A stretch of DNA of 64,000 nt from positions 4,160,001 through 4,224,000 of the forward strand of contig OY761158.1 in the NCBI GenBank assembly GCA_963664405.1. The letters are read 5' to 3'. This document shows positions 56,742 through 64,000 of this stretch, piece after piece. The stretch is from Thermoanaerobaculia bacterium. Its GTDB lineage: Bacteria > Acidobacteriota > Thermoanaerobaculia > Multivoradales > Multivoraceae. The notes below the pieces were generated by a model. That model ran no database searches and was not told where the DNA came from. It was given only the letters and a program-made list of their open reading frames with translations. Both the position numbers and the translations under genes were made by a program. The stretch's first letter is position 1; each line of letters starts with the position of its first letter.

Positions 56742-58643
56742 TCACTCGGCGGGTGCCGGTGTGATCCAGATCGGCGAGGACCAGGCCCGCTCCTGGATGG
56801 TCTGGGGCAGGCCCGGCCGCGGCTCCACCCCGGCGCGGATGGCATCCCAGGTCGACCAGCGACAGGTCGGGTTCTCGATCACTCGCACGTAGTAGAAGGC
56901 ACGCTGGGAGGGATCGAATCCCGGATCGCTCCAACCCGCGTCGAGGGCCGCGGCACCGGCGTCCTCGCTGAAGCTGCAGTCGGACAGGTCGACGCTGGCG
57001 TCGTTCGAGGGGCAGCGCCATGTGTCAGGGTCCGGCACGGCCCCGTCCGAGCACGCGATGTCGAAGACCTGCTCGTGGGTAGCGCCGCCCTCGAGCCAAC
57101 CCTTTACGATCTGGAGGCGATCCAGGGGCGCGCTCGCCGGATCGCGGGTCGCCTGCGCCAAGAAGCGCGGAGCGACTGCCTGTCCGCCCTCCAGATCTGC
57201 TCCCATCGGCACCCCACCGGTGTAGGCCAGCTCGACGGCGTCCTCACCCTCCGCCAGGGTCTCCGGTAGTCCGTAGCCGGCGAAGAAGCGAACCCGGATG
57301 CGAGGGCCCGAGGTGGCGAAAGTCTCTTTTCGACGCATTGCATCGTAGATCGCTTCGCGGGTGTTCTCTTCCGCCCAGACACCGGCGAGACCCGAGGCGC
57401 CCCACAGCGCCAAACGGAGCTCGACATAGTCCTCTCCCTCGGCCAGCGGAATCGATCCTCGCCTCTCCGGAGTGCCGTCGGCGAACCCGATCTTGGAGCT
57501 GAAGCTCGACTCCTCCGGCTGGCTGGCTCCGGTATGGGTGTCGCTCGAGCCGATGAGACCGAAGCGGAAGGGGTTGAACCCCACCTCTTCTTGCATCTGG
57601 AGACCCCCGAGGTAGGCGTCGCGGGCGTAGCTCCCAGGCGGATCGCTCGCCATCGCCGGGGCGTTGGCGCCCGACCGGTACGGATAGAGCTCGAAGTCGG
57701 CCCATTCGTCGGTGGGCGAGAGCATGGGGTGGGTCTCGGAGGTGCCCTTGATCTGCGTCACCTCCACGATCGGCTCGTTGCGCATACGCTGTTCCGCGTA
57801 GGCTGCATCGAGTGGGTCACCCTCGAAGCTGGTGCGCCGGAACATGAGCCCGTTCGATTCGTTCGAATTGTGCGGAATCGCCAGCGACTCGATGCCTTCG
57901 GCACGGAGGCCGTCCATCCACGCCCACAGATCCTCCGGGTTTTCGGAGTCGTACCTGCTGAAGGGGGTGGCCGGAACCTTGGTGTCACGGAAGATCACGT
58001 TGCGGTGCAGGTTCTGGCGGTTCGGGCCGGAGGTGTACTCGTAAGCGATAAAGGTGGTGAACTTTCCGGGCTCGTAGTGACGCTCGGCCGCGGCTGCGAT
58101 CTCCTGCCAGGCCGAGCGCAGGACCTCGGCGTCGAAGATCTCGCCCCACCTGTCAGCTGGCAGGTAGGTGGGTAGCAACGCCAGTGCTTCCAAGCGCTCC
58201 TCGAGGCTTCGGGCCTTTCTCACCACATCTCCCAACTCGGTATCGTGCACCCTCTCTGCCGGATCACTCATGGCCCTCATGTGGCCGAGCAGAATGGCGT
58301 GGTCGGTGACGGCGTAGAAGTCCAAGGGACCGCTTGCGAGTCTCATCTCGTAGCCGACCGGATGCTCGATGGCGTCGCCGCGTGCGAAGCGATAGGCGTC
58401 GTCGGGCGTCGCCAACGAGCCGTAGAGGTAGGCGTCCATCGAGTAGCTGGTGTGGACGTGGAGGTCTCCGAAATAGGCGTTGCGCAGAGGATTACGCTCA
58501 CTGCTTCCGGCAGCCTGCTGCGATGTCGCCGCGCCCTTCGACGTCGAGGGCTCCTGCTCGGGCGTGCTCGGCCCGCAGCCTAGAGCCAGGATGGAGAGGA
58601 GAGCCGGCACGACGGAGCAGCGAAGGTGACTCGATTTCGACAT
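56742..58643 (-). CDS. DUF3604 domain lipoprotein (PHP-like metallohydrolase)
   Basis: Lipobox LALGC; YFGDLHVHT, AVTDHA, NLHRNV, PHNSN, SSDTH, QERAWSSPIW. Confidence 0.9.
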   Translation of the reverse strand: MSKSSHLRCSVVPALLSILALGCGPSTPEQEPSTSKGAATSQQAAGSSERNPLRNAYFGDLHVHTSYSMDAYLYGSLATPDDAYRFARGDAIEHPVGYEMRLASGPLDFYAVTDHAILLGHMRAMSDPAERVHDTELGDVVRKARSLEERLEALALLPTYLPADRWGEIFDAEVLRSAWQEIAAAAERHYEPGKFTTFIAYEYTSGPNRQNLHRNVIFRDTKVPATPFSRYDSENPEDLWAWMDGLRAEGIESLAIPHNSNESNGLMFRRTSFEGDPLDAAYAEQRMRNEPIVEVTQIKGTSETHPMLSPTDEWADFELYPYRSGANAPAMASDPPGSYARDAYLGGLQMQEEVGFNPFRFGLIGSSDTHTGASQPEESSFSSKIGFADGTPERRGSIPLAEGEDYVELRLALWGASGLAGVWAEENTREAIYDAMRRKETFATSGPRIRVRFFAGYGLPETLAEGEDAVELAYTGGVPMGADLEGGQAVAPRFLAQATRDPASAPLDRLQIVKGWLEGGATHEQVFDIACSDGAVPDPDTWRCPSNDASVDLSDCSFSEDAGAAALDAGWSDPGFDPSQRAFYYVRVIENPTCRWSTWDAIRAGVEPRPGLPQTIQERAWSSPIWITPAPAE

Positions 58644-58846
58644 TCAGATCTCCCCTCGGCTGCGACCGTAGCATTTTCGAGATCTCCTCAAACGGAGGCG
58701 GCAGGCCCGTCGTTGTCTGAGATAGCCGCTGTGGCGGTGTCGAGGAGTACGGTCGGCCCCAGACCGACCGGGACACTGGCCAAGAAGAGCTGTCGAGCCC
58801 GGCAAGAACTCGGCAGGGCAGATTCGATTCGTCAACCACGGCAAGG

Positions 58847-59785
58847 ATGACGATCTTCGAGCTCGATCGTCTCCTGGTTGCTTGCGGAGCTCTCGCCCAC
58901 TGCGTTGACCCGCTGCACGACGACCGCCACCTGCCCAGAGGACTCGGAGCCGGTGAAGCTCTCGGCCGCGAGCGCAACCTCTGCCTTGTCGCCAGCCGCT
59001 TCCGGGTCGAAGTCGAATGGCGCAACCAACGCAACGGCGAGAGGGGCAGCGGCCATGCCCTCGAAGGAAGCGACCAGAGCGGCGGCTTCTGGTTCTTCGA
59101 CGCCGACAACGTCGAGCTCATCGTCAAGGCTCTCGATGGTCGCCAGATCACCGGCGCATGGTGGATCTTCTATGGAGCGCTCTCCGACGTCGAATACTGG
59201 ATCGTCGTCACCGACACCGAGACTGGAGTGACGAGGATCTATCGCAACGAGCCCTTCGACATTTGTGGCCGAGGCGACACCGCAGCCTTTCCCGAAGCTG
59301 GAGGAGAGGCCGTCTCGACGGGGTCGAACGAAGCTCTCCCAACCAGCAGCTGGCTTCCAGCGCCCCTGCACCCGGCTCTCGATCTCGAGCCTCGCCTTCA
59401 GAGTCGCGATGCTTGCGTTCCCGGCGATCTCACTCTGTGCCTGCTCGACGGACGTTTCGAAGTCGAAGTCGGTTGGCGCAACCATCGCAACGGCGATACC
59501 GGAGTAGGCACCGCGATCCCCTTCTCCGACCGCAGTGGCTTCTTCTGGTTCTTCGATTCGGGCAACACCGAGCTGGTGGTGAAGGCTCTCGACGGCCAGT
59601 CGGTCAACGGCAGCTTCTGGTTCTTCTACGGGGCGCGCACGCGGGGAGGTGGGGTGCCCTGGACGGCCGGCGCTAGTCGCTCAGCACAGCTTCTCTTGCG
59701 ATCTCTGTGGGCTCTCTGCGGCGAGCCAACGATTGCCGACGACCTCGAGGGTGCAGCGGATCTCGAAGCCGAGTGCCTCGTATAG
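58847..59785 (+). pseudogene. Remnant with about 1.6 copies of a repeated beta-rich domain
   Basis: CL..RF.VEV.WRN...FWFFD..N.EL.VKALDG occurs twice; the second copy stops at FYGA and the frame runs into antisense of the GNAT gene. Confidence 0.6.
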
Positions 59786-60445
59786 GCGGACGGCGTTCTC
59801 GTTGGTCGCCAGGACATGGAGCAGAGCCTCTTCGCCTTGCTCGCGGATGTGGCCCGCGACCCACAGAGTCAGCGCCGCACCGAGGCCTTGGCGGCGGGCG
59901 TCGGGATGGGTGCACACAGCCGAGATCTCGCGCCATCCCGGTAGATGGAGTCGTTGTCCCGCCATCGCCATCAGCCTGCCAGCCTGGCGCACGCCGACAT
60001 AGGCCCCGAGCTCGATGGTGCGGGGACGAAACGGGCCGGGTTCCGTCAACTCGACCAACGACATGATTTCGTCCGTGTCCGCGGTGCCGAGTTGTAGAAG
60101 CTCAAGAACGGGGATAGCCGGTAGATCGCGAGCGATCATCTGGTGGCAAGGCTGGCGGAAGAGCTCGGTCCAGCCCTCCGGCGCCGGAGGCACTCGAGGT
60201 CGAACAAGGACCGCGGTCTTCTGGGGGCCGACCAACTCGGCTAGGGCCGCCCAGCTCTCCTCGTTTACCTGATCGACGGCCGAGAAGGGAGAGACCTCCG
60301 GCACGAAGCGGCGGGCCAGGCCGTCCAGACTGAGCTCCGCGAAGCGCTGCTGAGGACCGGTCAAGCTATGCCAGACAGGGTTGTCTAAGAGCAGCATGGC
60401 GTTGTCGCCGGAGGACGTGGCGCTGGCGGTAGGATCTTTCGACAT
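59681..60445 (-). CDS. GNAT (FR47-like) acetyltransferase
   Basis: LDNPVWHSL, PGPF..RTIELG, EISAVCTHPD.RRQG, LYEALGF. Confidence 0.88.
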   Translation of the reverse strand: MSKDPTASATSSGDNAMLLLDNPVWHSLTGPQQRFAELSLDGLARRFVPEVSPFSAVDQVNEESWAALAELVGPQKTAVLVRPRVPPAPEGWTELFRQPCHQMIARDLPAIPVLELLQLGTADTDEIMSLVELTEPGPFRPRTIELGAYVGVRQAGRLMAMAGQRLHLPGWREISAVCTHPDARRQGLGAALTLWVAGHIREQGEEALLHVLATNENAVRLYEALGFEIRCTLEVVGNRWLAAESPQRSQEKLC

Positions 60446-60458
60446 GGGATGCGGGCTC

Positions 60459-60926
60459 CTATCCGCGGTTTCTTTCGGTTTCGACCGCGGCATCGTAGAG
60501 CCGTTTGAGCGCCGGTCCGATCGGTTTCCGGTGCCGATGTGGGATGTGGTCGAGGAGCCGTTGGGCCTCCCCGTCGAGCGCCTGGTCGAGCTCGGCGGCC
60601 CGCGCGCGGCCCTTGGCGCTGAGACTGAGCCGTATCAGCCGCCGGTCGATCTCAGCGGGCCGCCGTCGCAACATGCCCTCGGCCTCCAGAGCCGAGACTG
60701 TACGGCTCACCCACGCCTTGTCTAGGCGTGTGCGCTGTACCACCTCGGCGAGCCCCATCTCGCCGTGGTCGTGCAGGGTAGTGAGGACGTGGCATTGGGC
60801 TACGCCGATGCCACTACAGACCCTCAGGGAGTAGCGCTGGAGACGAGCAACGGTCCGAGTCAACTCTCGCAGCAGCCGGGCGTCGTCGAGATCCTTCTTC
60901 GGTTCCGCGGAACGGATCGTTGTCAT
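60459..60926 (-). CDS. MarR family transcriptional regulator
   Basis: LDKAWVSRTVSALE..G, DRR...LS.KG. Confidence 0.88.
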   Translation of the reverse strand: MTTIRSAEPKKDLDDARLLRELTRTVARLQRYSLRVCSGIGVAQCHVLTTLHDHGEMGLAEVVQRTRLDKAWVSRTVSALEAEGMLRRRPAEIDRRLIRLSLSAKGRARAAELDQALDGEAQRLLDHIPHRHRKPIGPALKRLYDAAVETERNRG

Positions 60927-61067
60927 ATACAACTAGTTTGCACGATAAAGCCGTAGTTGACAACGATTTTCGTCGTCCGGGCGGTGCCGACTCCGTCGAG
61001 GGTGAGACCCAGGGCTCGACGACGACGAGATGGGCACTGTGGCTTGCCTCGTATAAAATTTGGAATC

Positions 61068-62531
61068 ATGCCCATCATACCGTTGCAGGAACAGCACTTA
61101 GCTCCCCGGCCCACTGAGCTGGAGCACTTCGGTACCGCTCTCGGTATCTCCCGCGATGGCCGTGTCATGGTCGTCGGTACCGAGGCGCTGGCGCGCGACC
61201 CCAATCATTTGGGCGACGTCTTACAGGACCTTGCGGGACGCATCTACGTCATCATTCGCAACGACGCTCGGGCAGTGGTGGCTACCGAGCCGATCCCCGG
61301 GCCCGTGCCGCCCGACGGTCACTGGTTCGGTGCCACCGCGGCCGTTTCTCCGGATGGCGAGCAGATCATCGTCGGCGACTGGGGTACAGGCAAGGCTTGG
61401 GTCTATACGAGGCGCGGCGAACTGGGCCCCGGCAACGAATGGAATCACCCTCCGGCCGAGCTCGTACCCGACCCTCGGGTCGAAGAGAGCCATTTCGGCC
61501 ATACGGTCTCCATCGCCGATGGGCACGTTGCGGCCGTCGGCGCGCTGAACTCCTCTACCGATACGCGCGAGGCGGGGATGGCGATTGGTGGGGTCCACAT
61601 CTTCCGCGACATCACCAGACCTGACGGCGTTGAGGGCTGGCAGCAGGAAGCTCTGCTCCAGCCGCCTCCGGTAATCAACGACCAGGACCCTTGGATCTCG
61701 CACTTCGGCAAGGCGATCGAGCTCTCGGCCGATGGCGGCCGGATTTTGGTGGGATCCTTCCTTCGGCGCGACCGGGTGACTGGAGCGGGTCGCGCCTACG
61801 TCTACCGCTTTGGCGGCAATCCGATCGCCGTGAACTGGAATCTCGAAGCGACCCTGCAGGCTTCTGCGGACGAGGATTTCGACGACTTCGGGAGATCGGT
61901 TGGACTCTCGCTGAATGGGTCGACGGCCTGTGTAGGCGCCCCACGGTTTCGCGATCTCGATGTCGATCGCCGAGGCGCAGCCTTCGTCTTCCACCAGGTC
62001 CAGGGGTGGCAGCGGCCGGTGCGGTTGCAGCGAAGCGACGTCGGGGAGAGGGAAAACGAGCTGGGGATTTCGGTCTCGCTGTCCGACGCGGGTCGTTCCG
62101 CACTGGTCGGCGCTCAGGCCGTCGAGGTGGCGACGAGACTCGACAGCCACGCCGCCTACTTGTTCACCACCGATGTCGGTATCCCGTGGCGCGAGCACGC
62201 CATCCTTAGCCCTGTTCCCGAGTTGACTGCCGATGCGGAGGCGGGCCACAACGTCGCCTTGTCGAGAGATGGTGTCGAGATGGCGGTCTCCGCCCGTCGC
62301 GCTCCTGCCCCCGACGACCCCGGCCCTCCCGAGAGGGGAGCTCTGCGGTGGGCCGGCATCGTCTTTACGGGCGCCGCGCCTGGTGGTGGAGACGAGAGAC
62401 GGGAGAGGAATCAGCGCGACATCATTGATGGCGCGCGCCCGGGGCTCGGTCGCTTCGGGCGCTTCGGTCGTCTTATCGGCCGTCTCGGCCGGTGGATTCG
62501 CGGCCTGGGCCGCGGCGGTGTCAACCCCTAG
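61068..62531 (+). CDS. FG-GAP repeat beta-propeller protein
   Basis: Repeated FG..V.LS.DG...VGA...G.AYV units; start placed at ATG 61068. Confidence 0.82.
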   Translation: MPIIPLQEQHLAPRPTELEHFGTALGISRDGRVMVVGTEALARDPNHLGDVLQDLAGRIYVIIRNDARAVVATEPIPGPVPPDGHWFGATAAVSPDGEQIIVGDWGTGKAWVYTRRGELGPGNEWNHPPAELVPDPRVEESHFGHTVSIADGHVAAVGALNSSTDTREAGMAIGGVHIFRDITRPDGVEGWQQEALLQPPPVINDQDPWISHFGKAIELSADGGRILVGSFLRRDRVTGAGRAYVYRFGGNPIAVNWNLEATLQASADEDFDDFGRSVGLSLNGSTACVGAPRFRDLDVDRRGAAFVFHQVQGWQRPVRLQRSDVGERENELGISVSLSDAGRSALVGAQAVEVATRLDSHAAYLFTTDVGIPWREHAILSPVPELTADAEAGHNVALSRDGVEMAVSARRAPAPDDPGPPERGALRWAGIVFTGAAPGGGDERRERNQRDIIDGARPGLGRFGRFGRLIGRLGRWIRGLGRGGVNP

Positions 62532-62694
62532 TGTCCTGTATCAGTGGTTCGTTGCATAAATCGCGGAGTCATTTTGGGTGCTGCCAAGGCGCTACGACGA
62601 AGGTATATTGGGCAATATTGCGAGGAGGAGCAACGACGGCAGCGCGCAAAAGGGCCAGCGAGTTGTGTGACGAACTACTGATACAGGACACTGG
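62528..62694 (+). mobile_element. 167-bp palindromic element, family 1 copy C
   Basis: CTAGTGTCCTGTATCAGT...ACTGATACAGGACACTGG terminal inverted repeat of ~37 bp; conserved core; left CTAG is the FG-GAP gene stop. Confidence 0.8.
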
Positions 62695-62733
62695 TCCGGG
62701 TCCTCTGGAAGCAGGTGGGCGACGACCGTGCGC

Positions 62734-63711
62734 TCACTCGTTTCGAGGCATCAGGTAACGCTCGAGGAACGGCAGCAGGCGCGCGAGAAACTCCTGGTTC
62801 TCGGCCGGGTCGTAGGGGACGCCGAAGTCGCCCTGGGCAGAGCTACCCCAATAGAAGCCGTGGGGTCCTTTTGGCGGAAAGAAAGTCTCGACAGTCTTTC
62901 CGCCCTTCTTCAGGGTGGTGGCAAGACTCTTGGTGAAGCTGACAGGGACCGACGCGTCCTGCTCACCGTGTACCAGGAGCACTGGGCATCGGAGCTGATC
63001 GGCTCGACTCATAGGGCTCGAGCTTCTATAGCGGTCGGGAGCTTCACTCGGCGTGCCCCCGAGCTGGTGTGCGACCTCCTGCATATAGGTGTTCCCGACC
63101 GAGATTCGTCCAGGGGGCAGCTTCCGCTGGTGATACGGTGCGCTTCCGCAATGCTCGTAGAGCGCGCCGAGGTCGTGGAGGCCTGAGCACGGAATCGCTG
63201 CCTGAATGTCGACCCGAGTGGCGAGCTCGAAGGCTAGCTTGCCGCCGTGGCTGCCGCCGATGACGGCGATGGCGTCGGGCCGGACGTAGGGCAGCCGCTT
63301 CAGGTACTCGTACGCCGCGACCACGTCTTCGTACTCGGTGACCCAGTCCTTCGCCCGGTAGTCGGTGCTGAGCAGGGCGTAACCGGCGGCTACGAGCGCG
63401 TCAGCCGGGGTGGTGCTCAAGGTGCCGCGCGTGGCGGCGAAGTTGCCGCCGAAACCGCCGTGGATCATCAACACCCCTGGAAAGGGGCCGTCCCCCGGAG
63501 GCTTACGGATCGCGCCATAGATCAGAAGCCCGGTGGGGCTTCGCATCAGAGTGTCGAAGGTCTGCGAGCCGTCGTCCAGCGTGCGTGAAGAAAAGTCGAA
63601 GCGCTCGACGATCTCTTCGGCGTTGAGCAGCGCTGCAGGAAAGGCGCTGCACAAGAGCGCTACCGCCGTCAGCGCCTGCACGGCCCGTCGGCCGAGTGGG
63701 ATGGTCTTCAT
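62734..63711 (-). CDS. Secreted alpha/beta hydrolase (S9-like)
   Basis: Signal peptide, IHGG, GGSHGG nucleophile elbow, HGEQD, H.F. Confidence 0.88.
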   Translation of the reverse strand: MKTIPLGRRAVQALTAVALLCSAFPAALLNAEEIVERFDFSSRTLDDGSQTFDTLMRSPTGLLIYGAIRKPPGDGPFPGVLMIHGGFGGNFAATRGTLSTTPADALVAAGYALLSTDYRAKDWVTEYEDVVAAYEYLKRLPYVRPDAIAVIGGSHGGKLAFELATRVDIQAAIPCSGLHDLGALYEHCGSAPYHQRKLPPGRISVGNTYMQEVAHQLGGTPSEAPDRYRSSSPMSRADQLRCPVLLVHGEQDASVPVSFTKSLATTLKKGGKTVETFFPPKGPHGFYWGSSAQGDFGVPYDPAENQEFLARLLPFLERYLMPRNE

Positions 63712-63829
63712 TGTTGCCTCCCGATGCTGAGTTTATTTCTCATCGAAGATGTTATCCCCGATTTCAGGGGCGAGACCGGTTCGGAGATCGGCGCCGTAGC
63801 CTGGTGAAAGAGGGTAGTGTTGAGAGAGC

Positions 63830-64000
63830 ATGCCGCCCGCCAACATTCCGCCGAACTTAGACATCACCGTTCGCGTGGGTTGCAGCCTCGTCTACGAGGT
63901 CACGGGTGCGGCTTCACTGCTTCTCAAGGTGAATCTCGGTCCGAATCGCAGCGCCTCTGTACTCTCCGAGGCGCTGTCGCTCGGCGACAACCTACCGGCA
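63830..64000 (+). CDS. Partial CDS, possibly a transglutaminase-family N-terminus
   Basis: MPPANIPPNLDITVRVGCSLVYEVTGAASLLLKV, open to the window end. Confidence 0.5.
   Translation, partial: MPPANIPPNLDITVRVGCSLVYEVTGAASLLLKVNLGPNRSASVLSEALSLGDNLPA

Noticed and set aside
60921-60963. MarR operator (CAACTA...TAGTTG)
   Set aside because: Short and imperfect; plausible but not supportable from sequence alone.
9064-62694. Family-1 elements as integron attC sites or CRISPR repeats
   Set aside because: No RYYYAAC/GTTRRRY ends, no cassette array or integrase, and copies are dispersed rather than regularly spaced.

Overview
GC-rich bacterial chromosomal window. The gene content (GWxTD protein, MglA-like GTPase, DUF6152 cluster, CRTAC1/ASPIC-UnbV plus TPR pair, DUF3604, a repeated 'RF.VEV.W...FWFF...NVEL.VK.LDG' domain) suggests Acidobacteriota, probably Thermoanaerobaculia-like; this assignment is inference. 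Bases 1-41.3 kb are mostly core genes: rlmD-like, queD, ClpX-like ATPase, yggX-like, uxs/ugd, mlaEFD, plsC, mrp-lpxH-aroA, a sigma54 activator next to a pilin-like gene, peroxiredoxin, thiL-lon-nrdR, mglA-like, hrcA-grpE-dnaK-dnaJ-prmA-rsmE, and pilT-recX-alaS-slt-pgsA-MMPL. Bases 41.3-64 kb are accessory and partly decayed, with IS6 remnants and several broken genes. No rRNA, tRNA or CRISPR array was seen. The strongest unexplained signal is non-coding: two families of short CTAG-bounded palindromic elements. Family 1 (167-168 bp; 9064-9230, 11111-11278, 62528-62694) has arms that differ between copies yet stay self-complementary, almost all arm mismatches being G-U/G-T wobbles on one strand, around a conserved core. 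Family 2 (91 bp; 25309-25399, 32866-32956, 49497-49587) has co-varying hairpins. Five of the six copies sit exactly on a TAG stop codon, and the sixth is inserted in frame inside a TPR gene, adding 29 aa. No cognate mobilising enzyme is in the window.
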